From positions 98,691-162,690 of the IMG/VR virus record IMGVR_UViG_3300025816_000006: a DNA stretch of 64,000 bases; one strand, given 5' to 3'. The notes under the pieces were generated by a model, which was given only the letters and a program-made list of their open reading frames with translations, did not search any database and was not told where the DNA came from. The stretch's first letter is position 1, and every line of letters begins with the position of its first letter. Origin of the DNA: a virus. Shown here piece by piece: positions 38,453 to 47,125 of this stretch. The position numbers and the translations under genes were made by a program.

Positions 38453-38785
38453 TTACTGGTTGAGATTTACGATAGAGCTTGGGTCTGGACCAAGTGAGAT
38501 TTCGTCTGCCATGATGCAAACAGAACTTCTCTTAACCTTGTTCTCGTCCTCGTAGTCATCTACCTTAACTTTACCCTGAATTGATACAATCCTACCCTTC
38601 AGTAGTCTTGGCTGTAGACTTTCCGCCATCTTACCAAAACATAAAACATTTACAAACAATGTGTCATCGTTACGACGATCATTTACTGCTAGGCGAAACT
38701 TACTCATAGCCGTACCCTTCTTGGTGGTAAGAAGTTCTGCGTCTTTAGTGAGTCTACCGCAACCAAGCCAACAATTCAAGTTCAT
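38453..38785 (-). CDS. ssb: single-stranded DNA-binding protein
   Basis: GRLTKDAEL, FRLAVND, FGKMAE, KGRIVSIQG. Confidence 0.88.
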   Translation of the reverse strand: MNLNCWLGCGRLTKDAELLTTKKGTAMSKFRLAVNDRRNDDTLFVNVLCFGKMAESLQPRLLKGRIVSIQGKVKVDDYEDENKVKRSSVCIMADEISLGPDPSSIVNLNQ

Positions 38786-38822
38786 CTTTTTCTCCAATAC
38801 TAAAACTAAATTAAATACAAAA

Positions 38823-39020
38823 TTAAGGGGTGTTCTCGACGGGCGATGCGTTTTCTTGCGATTCTGCCCTATGAGAATCAAGAACTTTAACCCCTTGTTC
38901 TAAATAATCATTGAGTCTTACGATCTCATCTGATATTTGTTCTCTTTGTAGAGATAATCTTTCAATCTCTTGTTTTACGTTTGTAAGGTGCGCTTCTGTC
39001 ATGTCTAATAGTTCTTTCAT
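38823..39020 (-). CDS. small coiled-coil protein
   Basis: AGGAG RBS and own promoter. Confidence 0.6.
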   Translation of the reverse strand: MKELLDMTEAHLTNVKQEIERLSLQREQISDEIVRLNDYLEQGVKVLDSHRAESQENASPVENTP

Positions 39021-39040
39021 AGTTTTCTCCTTTCTACATT

Positions 39041-39069
39041 ATTATAGCTCGTAGGCTATGTTTTGTCAA
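39041..39069 (-). promoter_or_regulatory. sigma70 promoter TTGACA-N17-TATAAT
   Basis: Perfect consensus. Confidence 0.8.
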
Positions 39070-39099
39070 TACAAATATTAAATATTATTCTTAACACTG

Positions 39100-39392
39100 T
39101 AAATCTACACCGACTACGTTTATACCTGTGAAGAACCTTGTGTCCCGCAGGTAATCAGTAGTGTTTATGAGCAGTATCTTACAGACTAATATAAATTTTT
39201 ACGCTTCGGCTTACGCCGTCTTCACAGGTCCAAGTTACTCGCCAGTATTGCTTGGATTTTTATTTCGATACCTTGGAGTGGTCGTACACTCACCTCTAAC
39301 TCATGATCTTAAATGGATAAGACTACAAACTTCATCCAATGTTAGTTTTATAAATTTTTTAAGATAGCCGACACTGTACTACCATTGCCGAC
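39100..39392 (-). ncRNA. candidate structured ncRNA or long leader (about 290 nt)
   Basis: No credible ORF, own promoter, several helices. Confidence 0.4.
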
Positions 39393-39398
39393 ATCAAT

Positions 39399-39427
39399 AT
39401 TATAATCTAAAAACTAAATTATTTCAA
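39399..39427 (-). promoter_or_regulatory. sigma70 promoter TTGAAA-N17-TATAAT
   Basis: Precedes the ORF-free structured region. Confidence 0.7.
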
Positions 39428-39446
39428 CACTTAAATATAATTTTTA

Positions 39447-39908
39447 TCAACAACATCTCGATCCCTTCGCTTCAGGTAAGACAAAACCTGTATAAGAAAC
39501 TATTTCAATTCTAGCTTCTGTCATCATGTCGTGCGCTAGTTGAAAATTGCTAGACCATTTCTGATCCTTGTTCTCAACGGTCACAACGCGCCGTATACCC
39601 GCTTGAATAATAAGTGACGCACATCTACTACAGGGTTGAAACGGCCATGTATAGATCGTACAGCCCTTCACAGGAGCGTTTGCAAACAGAAGCGCGTTTG
39701 CCTCTGCGTGTACTACCATTTCATACTTTAACTCTCTATTATCTAATCGGTGATCGTCCTTGATACCTTTAGGGAAACCGTTGTATCCGATAGACACAAC
39801 TCTGTTGTCATCATCAACAATGACTGCACCCACTTTTGTAGACGGGTCTTTGCTAAACGTAGATACAGTTTTAGCTAACTCTAAAAAGTTCTTGTCCCAT
39901 TTATTCAT
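39447..39908 (-). CDS. dCMP deaminase
   Basis: SKDPSTKVGA, HAEANA, PCSRC. Confidence 0.92.
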   Translation of the reverse strand: MNKWDKNFLELAKTVSTFSKDPSTKVGAVIVDDDNRVVSIGYNGFPKGIKDDHRLDNRELKYEMVVHAEANALLFANAPVKGCTIYTWPFQPCSRCASLIIQAGIRRVVTVENKDQKWSSNFQLAHDMMTEARIEIVSYTGFVLPEAKGSRCC

Positions 39909-40154
39909 TTAACACTCCGTATCGTCTTCGTCCCAAGTATAATACCTATCTAAGAATCTATCATAAGTATTAGCTGCTGTCAAGTCTTTACAAATCAATT
40001 TATACAATTCTTTGGGAAACATCATCATTCCCCTATCTTTAAAAAGTTTTGTCTTTACAGACTTAATTTCTTTGTCGGCTTTATAAATGTATATTCTACA
40101 TTCACGCTGCTTGAGTTTTACAACCCAGTCCTGTATCTTACACTGTACTAACAT
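39909..40154 (-). CDS. hypothetical protein
   Basis: GGAGG RBS. Confidence 0.5.
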   Translation of the reverse strand: MLVQCKIQDWVVKLKQRECRIYIYKADKEIKSVKTKLFKDRGMMMFPKELYKLICKDLTAANTYDRFLDRYYTWDEDDTEC

Positions 40155-40172
40155 TTCTCCTCCTTATTAGTA

Positions 40173-40245
40173 TGACCCTACGGGAACTCGAATCCCGATT
40201 GCCGCCGTGAAAGGGCGGTGTCCTAACCGATTAGACGATAGGGCC
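40173..40245 (-). tRNA. tRNA-Glu(UUC)
   Basis: Cloverleaf GGCCCTA.../CCGCC-CTTTCAC-GGCGG/TTCGAGT; CCA not encoded. Confidence 0.93.
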
Positions 40246-40250
40246 GCAAG

Positions 40251-40325
40251 TGAGTGACGGGATTTGCACCCGCGAATCTAGTCTTGTCGATCTGTCTAAT
40301 CGCTCTAGGCTTCCGACTTCACTCA
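40251..40325 (-). ncRNA. tRNA-like element lacking a canonical D/anticodon arm
   Basis: TGAGTGA/TCACTCA closing stem; T-arm GCGGG-TGCAAAT-CCCGT. Confidence 0.5.
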
Positions 40326-40344
40326 TTTGTGCTACGATATAGTA

Positions 40345-40582
40345 AAGCCCCGTTTGGATAATAAGGACGAGGCGACTCCCCAGACAGCTTACGCTGCCAA
40401 TGCGAGACTTTCATCTGCAATTAAAAGGTTGATAGATTTTTAACGTAGCCCTTCTATCAACTACGGCATGAGATACATTACGTCATATTGTATGTCGAAT
40501 CTAAGTCATCCCCGTAAGTGGAGATGGAGGGAATTGCACCCTCGTCCATGACAACATCAATAATAATCTTTATACATGCTTG
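40345..40582 (-). ncRNA. ssrA: circularly permuted two-piece tmRNA; tag (A)ADESLALAA
   Basis: Acceptor piece (...GGACGAGGGTGCAATTCCCTCCATCTCCA, ends 40519) precedes GGGGATGACTTAGATTCGAC (starts 40513); G3-U70 pair; tag ORF 40418-40389; outer ends approximate. Confidence 0.9.
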
Positions 40583-40957
40583 TTAAAATGGCCCATCGTC
40601 TGCGCTATCATGAAATCTTGTGATAGCTTTCTCTAACGCTCCCTTAAACTTACCTGTAACAACATAAGAAAAACTACCGTCTGCTTCCACCATCTGCTCT
40701 AGCATCCCTTGGTGAAACATCATAAACAATTCTTCGCCAACATATTGCATGGCGACTTCTTTCATTTTTAGTATTGATGGCTTATCGTTCATTTCAAATT
40801 TCATTATGTTAAAGGAAACGCTTTCTGATTCTGGTCTTATATTCTCCACTTTATTCAAGTGGGACTTTGCTTTTCTCATAGTATCATACACGCCAAGTGG
40901 CTCAGAAACAACTCTTTCAGGCGTACTAATCAACATTTCTAATAAATATACTGTCAT
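40583..40957 (-). CDS. hypothetical protein
   Basis: ORF with RBS; ends DDGPF. Confidence 0.55.
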   Translation of the reverse strand: MTVYLLEMLISTPERVVSEPLGVYDTMRKAKSHLNKVENIRPESESVSFNIMKFEMNDKPSILKMKEVAMQYVGEELFMMFHQGMLEQMVEADGSFSYVVTGKFKGALEKAITRFHDSADDGPF

Positions 40958-40961
40958 TTTT

Positions 40962-41291
40962 TTATCCTTTGTAGGGCCATGTCTCTCTTAGTATATCGGT
41001 AACTCCGGGGATGTCAACCAGCCATCTTCCATATTTTCCTGTTTTTGTTGTTCTTATTTTTACCCACCATTCTTCATCTGGTAAATCCTCAAAGTTTATT
41101 TCTGCGACAGACTTTAATAATCCCGCACAGACAGCGGTAGCCTTTGACCAATCTTCATGTCCTCGTTCTGGCGTATCAACACCAATAAGTCTAGTTCTGA
41201 TCTTTATATTGATATTAAATCCAAGATCAACAATAAAGTCTACAGTGTCTCCATCAACAACACGATCAACTTTAGCATTATATTCATACAT
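40962..41291 (-). CDS. thermonuclease (SNase)-like protein
   Basis: RVVDGDTVD, RLIGVDTPE, GKYGRWL. Confidence 0.85.
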   Translation of the reverse strand: MYEYNAKVDRVVDGDTVDFIVDLGFNINIKIRTRLIGVDTPERGHEDWSKATAVCAGLLKSVAEINFEDLPDEEWWVKIRTTKTGKYGRWLVDIPGVTDILRETWPYKG

Positions 41292-41596
41292 TAATCTATA
41301 TTCCTTATAATATTATTATCAAGTTCAGGCATAATTCTGGCACTAGGTGTAGCCATAAATGAATAAAATGAATACACCAGCATACAAAATGCTATCGTAG
41401 CGAGAAGTGACGCACCAATCATTTTCATACCCTCAATATCTAAACTAAGTTTTAGTTTTACTTTTTTCGCTGTTCTTTTATATTTAAACTTTGCTGGCAG
41501 CTTTTTAGGTGGAGGTTTGTTTCGTCGAAACATGTCCTCCAAACCCTTTTCTGCTGCCCTTTGGGTTTGAGATTTAACCCTTGCGTCAGTTTTCAT
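41291..41596 (-). CDS. membrane protein
   Basis: Basic N-terminus plus one TM helix. Confidence 0.5.
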   Translation of the reverse strand: MKTDARVKSQTQRAAEKGLEDMFRRNKPPPKKLPAKFKYKRTAKKVKLKLSLDIEGMKMIGASLLATIAFCMLVYSFYSFMATPSARIMPELDNNIIRNID

Positions 41597-41822
41597 TTAA
41601 CGGCAACCAAGACCCAAAGTTTCGCTTCAATGTTTCAATCCTGTCCTCTGCATCAGCAAGACTAGAAAGCGCCTCGTTTAGATTGTTATGTAGATCGTCT
41701 GTGCTATGATCTCCAATACCTGCTGGGTGATCCAGCATAATCTCCAAACTTGTCATTGCCTCTGCTCTATCTGATGCTGCTTTCATCATCAAAGAATTTA
41801 ATGCCTGTGCTTTAAAACTCAT
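41586..41822 (-). CDS. conserved phage hypothetical protein
   Basis: PAGIGDH helical hairpin motif. Confidence 0.6.
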   Translation of the reverse strand: MSFKAQALNSLMMKAASDRAEAMTSLEIMLDHPAGIGDHSTDDLHNNLNEALSSLADAEDRIETLKRNFGSWLPLNEN

Positions 41823-42699
41823 TTAACCAATCCTCCAATTTAACTTTAGGTTTCCAATTTAAAATATGTCCCGCCTTACAGGTGTCGGCTTGAGTGTCAC
41901 GCGCCTCTCCAAGTCTAGGTGCGATATGTGTTACTTCTCCACCAATCATTCTCGCAATATCATTTACAGAATGATTAACTCCTGTTCCGATGTTAAACAA
42001 TTCGCCACATGCTTCTTCTGGCGCAGTCATAGCCGCGATATTTGCCGCCACAACGTCTGAAACATGCGTGTAGTCTCTTGTTTGTTCTCCGTCACCCACT
42101 ACGGTCATTGGTTCGCCAGCAGCAGATTGTCTCTGGAATAGCCCAACTACAGGCGCATACTGACCCTTGGTTGGTTGTCGTTCGCCGTACACATTAAAGT
42201 ATCGGAATGTCACTGTTTCTAATCCATATAAATTAGTATACATCTTACAAAAATCTTCGCCAGCAGTCTTTGTAATAGAGTAAGGATTCAAGCAATCCTT
42301 CTTCATGTCCTCTCTATGAGGTATAGGATTTACAAGACCATACGCAGATGATGTAGATGAATACATCACTCGCTTTACACCATAGTCTAACGCATACTTT
42401 AGTATTCTGCAAGTGCCTAATTCATTAGTTTCTATCGCGAGTTCTGGATTTTCTAATGCTGGTTGAATCCTAGACTCTGCTGCTAGATGAAATACATAAT
42501 CTACATTTTGAAATAACCCAGAAATATATGAGTTCGTTATGGATATACAATGATACTCTGCTTTATCATTGAAATAAAATTGATCGTGAGCAGTGGCAGA
42601 TTGATTATCAATAACAATAACGGTATGTCCCAGATCAACCAGTCTGTCTACAACATGAGAACCAATAAATCCTGCTCCACCTGTTACTATACATTTCAT
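41812..42699 (-). CDS. NAD-dependent nucleotide-sugar epimerase/dehydratase
   Basis: TGGAGFIGS, HLAA, YSITK, RYFNVYG, TRDYTHV. Confidence 0.92.
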   Translation of the reverse strand: MKCIVTGGAGFIGSHVVDRLVDLGHTVIVIDNQSATAHDQFYFNDKAEYHCISITNSYISGLFQNVDYVFHLAAESRIQPALENPELAIETNELGTCRILKYALDYGVKRVMYSSTSSAYGLVNPIPHREDMKKDCLNPYSITKTAGEDFCKMYTNLYGLETVTFRYFNVYGERQPTKGQYAPVVGLFQRQSAAGEPMTVVGDGEQTRDYTHVSDVVAANIAAMTAPEEACGELFNIGTGVNHSVNDIARMIGGEVTHIAPRLGEARDTQADTCKAGHILNWKPKVKLEDWLNEF

Positions 42700-42700
42700 A

Positions 42701-43414
42701 TTATGTCTCCCTGTTCAACTTAAAAGCATCAAGCGTACACTTGAATGGGTTTCCTTGTATATTCTCAACCAACTCTAACATTTTAGCAGCAATCTCGCGT
42801 ATTTCAACCTGTGCATGTTCAGAATTACGAAGTTTCTGGAAATTAGCAAAGGATCGCATATTAAAGGAGATGTCTGCCTGAATCTGACTGTTGTACGTCT
42901 TGAAGAATCTCGCTGACTCTTTTGCTCTCTTACGCCCCAGTGCAGGGGTCAAGTCCTCTACGCACTGGTGATAAAGTTTATTGCCTAATTCAGTATAATC
43001 TTTTAATATATCGCTCCACTTATCACCCTCTATAAAGCATGAATTAAAGAGCGTATCTGCATGTGGTAAGTTCACAACAACCTCTGCATCTTTTGATAAT
43101 TTTACATCACCCCAATCTTCCGGCAGGAAGTATTTATCTTCTTTTAATTCCTTGTACCTAGCTGACTCAGCATTAAGACTACTAATGCGATGTTTAAGCA
43201 AATGAATATGACTAGCAATGTCTGTGTCAACAAGAAAGTGAACCGAGCCTTTTTCAAAAGGCGTTTCATGTCCGTTGATCCAGAGCATCTCAATAAGTCT
43301 TTGTATTCGTCCTCGTTTTTCATCCGTAAGATTCCTGCTTGTACTCGTCCATGCTGAACAGGCGATGACCTCATCGCTGCCGTAGTGTCCTAAAAGTTCT
43401 ACTTTATTGTCCAT
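42701..43414 (-). CDS. thyX: flavin-dependent thymidylate synthase
   Basis: GHETPFE, KHR...SARY, KESAR, HAQVEIR. Confidence 0.9.
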   Translation of the reverse strand: MDNKVELLGHYGSDEVIACSAWTSTSRNLTDEKRGRIQRLIEMLWINGHETPFEKGSVHFLVDTDIASHIHLLKHRISSLNAESARYKELKEDKYFLPEDWGDVKLSKDAEVVVNLPHADTLFNSCFIEGDKWSDILKDYTELGNKLYHQCVEDLTPALGRKRAKESARFFKTYNSQIQADISFNMRSFANFQKLRNSEHAQVEIREIAAKMLELVENIQGNPFKCTLDAFKLNRET

Positions 43415-43847
43415 CTTTAACCTTTTGCAAGAGAGTGCTTGATGATTCTGTTTTACCGCCACCTACATTGTAAAGCAAGTGGATGTCATTCTGCTGACAG
43501 AACTCTGACTCTGGCGTGTTTCCTTCTTTTCTGTCTCCACCATTCATAAAGTAAAGACCAATCATAAATGGATCATCAGCGTATCGTTTATGTATCTGTG
43601 CGATAGACCTTACTACCGTTCCATCTTCGTCAACAGAAACCATAGCTTTGTCTACACAAGACAAGGCATTAACAATTCTAAGCCTAGCGTTATCATCCAT
43701 AAACTGCTTAGAACCTTTAAGTGCAACCTGATGATCGTTATTAACAATTACATACAGTATGTCACACTCCCGCCTTGCTCCTTCAAGATAGTCCAAGTGT
43801 CCTGTGTGAACTGGATTAAAATATCCAGATACAATTCCTACTCTCAT
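43404..43847 (-). CDS. cytidylyltransferase-like (HIGH) protein
   Basis: SGYFNPVHTGH, NGGDR, GGGKTESSS. Confidence 0.85.
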   Translation of the reverse strand: MRVGIVSGYFNPVHTGHLDYLEGARRECDILYVIVNNDHQVALKGSKQFMDDNARLRIVNALSCVDKAMVSVDEDGTVVRSIAQIHKRYADDPFMIGLYFMNGGDRKEGNTPESEFCQQNDIHLLYNVGGGKTESSSTLLQKVKDGQ

Positions 43848-44047
43848 GTAAAAATCTCCTTTACTCTTTCCCAAAGTGTTTTCTTTTTACCTTTGCCTGA
43901 CTCCCAACGCTCTCGCATCTCTCTTATTCTATACTCTTTATCGAGTTTGTCAATGTTGTCCTTTAGTTTTTTACTGACAATCTTTTGACTTTTCATAAAA
44001 CGACTGTCAGACATATTTGAATCGCCTCTCATTCCAACGGACTCCAA
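43844..44047 (-). CDS. hypothetical protein
   Basis: Coupled ORF. Confidence 0.4.
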   Translation of the reverse strand: MESVGMRGDSNMSDSRFMKSQKIVSKKLKDNIDKLDKEYRIREMRERWESGKGKKKTLWERVKEIFT

Positions 44048-44349
44048 TTATTTTCTAAGTACCAGTCATCCTTGTCTATTTTAACCTCAGTAAAGCTAAT
44101 CTCTACGTTACCAATCCACACAGCACTTATTCTGTAGTGCCGTGTTTCTTTTACGCGAGCGCATTTTCCATTCTCATTGATAAGTTTTTTAAAACCCTGA
44201 TAATTCATCTTGATTTCACCACCAAAGAAGTCACTGGGTCCATACCCAGACTCCACTAGATAATCCCAGACTTCAATAGTTTCTTTCCACAACTCTTTTT
44301 TGTTTATGGAATGTATTGGTTTATCACAAACTATTTCTTCCACGTTCAT
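44029..44349 (-). CDS. hypothetical protein
   Basis: Coupled ORF. Confidence 0.45.
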   Translation of the reverse strand: MNVEEIVCDKPIHSINKKELWKETIEVWDYLVESGYGPSDFFGGEIKMNYQGFKKLINENGKCARVKETRHYRISAVWIGNVEISFTEVKIDKDDWYLENNWSPLE

Positions 44350-44487
44350 CTTCTACTCCGTTAGAGACAACAAAAGACCACTGGAAGCTTTCTACTTCCG
44401 AGTCAGTGGCTTCTTTAACAACTTCGTCATCATACCTGCCTTCTTCTATGGCATAGTATGTTTCTTCTTCATTTGCTTCGTCCAATT

Positions 44488-45015
44488 TTATTCTCCACTT
44501 GAAATTCTTTGGTAAATTAAATCTAAACTTTGTTTTTGAAACAAGTTGTTAGAAGCAAAGGCTCTAACAGACAAATCTATTCTTCTTAAATCTTCTATGA
44601 CCTGATCGAACGTAGCAGGTACAACCTCATTGCCATCTTTGTCTGATTTAAATTCAGAGAAGGGTTGCTGGACGTAGGATTCTTCCATACCCTCTGGCAT
44701 CTTTGGTTTATCTGGTATGGGACGACCCAAATCATCCACATCCAACCCACTTTGCAGCGAAACAAACACGCCACCCTTACTACCGAAATCTTCTTCTCCT
44801 ACACCTTCTTCGTCCATTTTCTTTATAATATCCATCAAAACGTCTGCGTTTTGCGACTGAGTGAAAGAAACCACTCCTATAGAGTTGATTATCTTAGTAT
44901 TCCACTGGATCATTTCTTTTGCTTTGTCGTTCTTAATCTTAATCCACCAACACAACCCTAGTATTACCAACAAGTTCAACACTCTCAAAACATTAGTTTT
45001 AGTTGAGCATTTCAT
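44488..45015 (-). CDS. membrane-anchored hypothetical protein
   Basis: N-terminal TM; upstream GTGTATAATA. Confidence 0.55.
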   Translation of the reverse strand: MKCSTKTNVLRVLNLLVILGLCWWIKIKNDKAKEMIQWNTKIINSIGVVSFTQSQNADVLMDIIKKMDEEGVGEEDFGSKGGVFVSLQSGLDVDDLGRPIPDKPKMPEGMEESYVQQPFSEFKSDKDGNEVVPATFDQVIEDLRRIDLSVRAFASNNLFQKQSLDLIYQRISSGE

Positions 45016-45122
45016 ACCGCTACTCCATATATGAGGTTTATTTAGTGTATCGTATTATACACCATCAGTATAACATTAACACTTATACTTGTCAACACCT
45101 ACCTTATGTTAATTTATATTCC

Positions 45123-45707
45123 CTACTGATGGAACTGCGGAACCAACCTGTCCACAAACTCGCGCCACTCCTGAGTAATCACCGGAGGCTTCTGATTTGG
45201 TAATTTTGTAAGCCCCCTCCTGAACTCGCTGCGAAAAAACTCTCTGTCTGCTGTCTCTGGGTCGTACTGGGTATATGTTTCTACAAATATCTTTGACTTT
45301 ATAAGTCTGGGAAAACCCTTGTCTAAAAACTTTACCTCCCAGTATCTTGTTTTAAAGTTCTTGAATGGATAATACTTACCTCCAACAAAATCTCCACGAT
45401 AGGCACTGGCGTTTAAAAAGTCTCGTCTAACTTCCCAGTCTCTAATTTTATCTGCATAAGCCCTTATACCCTTGTCCCACTTCTTCTTACCTTCCTCTGT
45501 CTTTTTGTAAGCATCTTTCATCATAATCCAATGCTGAACACGAAACACGCTCTTTCTACCATACCAATCCCAACAGATTAACTGGGACCAGACCTCAACA
45601 CCCCACTCGTTATGATAGTGGTTTACTTCAATCCTACTAAAAGTATCGACTATAGTTGGGTCGTTGTCAATCCTAAAACACAATAAAAGTAAAATTAACT
45701 TAACCAT
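45123..45707 (-). CDS. exported hypothetical protein, planctomycete-like
   Basis: IEVNH...QLICWDW...ETYTQYDPE...RRGL recalled as a Planctomycetota family; unverified. Confidence 0.5.
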   Translation of the reverse strand: MVKLILLLLCFRIDNDPTIVDTFSRIEVNHYHNEWGVEVWSQLICWDWYGRKSVFRVQHWIMMKDAYKKTEEGKKKWDKGIRAYADKIRDWEVRRDFLNASAYRGDFVGGKYYPFKNFKTRYWEVKFLDKGFPRLIKSKIFVETYTQYDPETADREFFRSEFRRGLTKLPNQKPPVITQEWREFVDRLVPQFHQ

Positions 45708-45844
45708 CTGACTACGGACCCCACAGCAAAAAGGTAAACAAACAAAACATTAAGCATGGCGATTAGTGCCACTAGCGAAAGCGCGATAGACTTCCAACTA
45801 AACTTATCTCGGTTTTCAATTCTTGGAGGTTGATACGGATTCAT
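45695..45844 (-). CDS. 49-aa membrane peptide with NPYQPP motif (not in ORF track)
   Basis: MNPYQPPRIENRDKFSWKSIALSLVALIAMLNVLFVYLFAVGSVVRWLS. Confidence 0.55.
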   Translation of the reverse strand: MNPYQPPRIENRDKFSWKSIALSLVALIAMLNVLFVYLFAVGSVVRWLS

Positions 45845-45845
45845 C

Positions 45846-46181
45846 TCATTTTATTCCTTTGTGTTTAATTCCAAAACCTGTGCAGATAATTCTAATTGTT
45901 TTGCTTTGCTTGTTCCAAACGTAAATGAATGGACCCTTCTTTTTCGCTGACTCTACAGGTACAAGTTTAATCTCTTTTTGAGAAAGAAGTCTCAACGCTG
46001 TAAGCTGTCTACCGTCTTTGTGCTTCCACTTTTTAATTTTGTTGCTCCAAGTCCAATTTTCTTTAAACTCAACAACCTGCTTGTATTTGCTGGGTATTGA
46101 GTTGTTTTTAACGGTTTTGTACTCTGCTGCCTGTGAAAAAGATGCGGCAAGTGCGACTGCGATTACGATTAGATTTCTCAT
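45846..46181 (-). CDS. secreted hypothetical protein
   Basis: Signal peptide MRNLIVIAVALAASFSQA. Confidence 0.6.
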   Translation of the reverse strand: MRNLIVIAVALAASFSQAAEYKTVKNNSIPSKYKQVVEFKENWTWSNKIKKWKHKDGRQLTALRLLSQKEIKLVPVESAKKKGPFIYVWNKQSKTIRIICTGFGIKHKGIK

Positions 46182-46230
46182 AGTTCTACTCCTAAGTAAA
46201 GAAAAGTTTAATTCAGGACACTATCGTCAC

Positions 46231-46452
46231 TCATTTGTCAACTCCTTTGGGGCGGAAGTCATTGTTAATATCTAAATCATATTTAATTCTAATTTCACCC
46301 ATTATTCGATGGCACTTCTCGTAAATGTCATACATAAACCTGTTATCTTCGTAAGAAAAGTCTTGTTGGTAGTGCATAGACTTTGCGATTTGCTGCATCT
46401 GCTTTAAAGACTTACAAAGACTTCTTGGTGTGTGGGATTTTTGTTTACTCAT
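46231..46452 (-). CDS. hypothetical protein
   Basis: Bounded by the 18-mer. Confidence 0.55.
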   Translation of the reverse strand: MSKQKSHTPRSLCKSLKQMQQIAKSMHYQQDFSYEDNRFMYDIYEKCHRIMGEIRIKYDLDINNDFRPKGVDK

Positions 46453-46636
46453 TTGTCAACTCCTTCAAAACCCACCACATACGACCATCACCGTTCTCAT
46501 AAGATTCGTTGTTTTTGTTATCATCTTCTTCAAATACTAATCCATAATCTTGTAAAAGATAATTAACACTATCAACAACACTATCAAGTTGATCGTCGTA
46601 ATCTATTACTAAATATTCTACATCATCTTCACTCAT
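46445..46636 (-). CDS. acidic hypothetical protein
   Basis: Bounded by the 18-mer. Confidence 0.55.
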   Translation of the reverse strand: MSEDDVEYLVIDYDDQLDSVVDSVNYLLQDYGLVFEEDDNKNNESYENGDGRMWWVLKELTNE

Positions 46637-47070
46637 TTGTCAACTCCTTCAAAGATATTACCGATTACTTCTTTATATTCAGGATGAATGCCGCCATAAT
46701 AGTCATTTGGCTCGTCTGACTTCACATCTTTTCCGTTATAATCTCGGATGTTAAATTCACACCACTGTTCTCCCGAATATGCTTTTGCCCACTTTATTTC
46801 TGTTCGCTCCTTTGAACCGAAAGATTCTCCCTTTTTGTTGTTATTTACAATAGCGTCGAAATAACCCAAGATGTCGCCCTCGTAAATCTCCACACCATTC
46901 TTGTCTTTAAGTCCTGTGTATTGTTGAACAGCCCATTCTGCTTGAGTTTCTAAATAACGACTACCAAGAGGTGTGGTAGTCTCAACCATAGCCAAGCCGT
47001 TTGCTTGATGAATAACAAAAGACTCTCTAAACTTTTCACCATCCCACGCCCTAAACTTAATCTCTCTCAT
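46633..47070 (-). CDS. YopX family protein
   Basis: MREIKFRAWD...QYTGLKDKNGVEIYEGDI...EVIGNIFE. Confidence 0.92.
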   Translation of the reverse strand: MREIKFRAWDGEKFRESFVIHQANGLAMVETTTPLGSRYLETQAEWAVQQYTGLKDKNGVEIYEGDILGYFDAIVNNNKKGESFGSKERTEIKWAKAYSGEQWCEFNIRDYNGKDVKSDEPNDYYGGIHPEYKEVIGNIFEGVDK

Positions 47071-47125
47071 TTGTCAACTCCTTTCAGGGTACAAAACCCC
47101 TCCACTTATAAATATCTGGCGGTAA

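Larger units (their letters stand above)
46230..47083 (-). repeat. four exact copies of the 18-mer AAGGAGTTGACAAATGAG at gene junctions
   Basis: Copies at 46230-46247, 46448-46465, 46632-46649, 47066-47083. Confidence 0.9.

Noticed and set aside
39161-39367. 68-aa plus-strand ORF
   Set aside because: No RBS, opposite to the local promoter, no motifs
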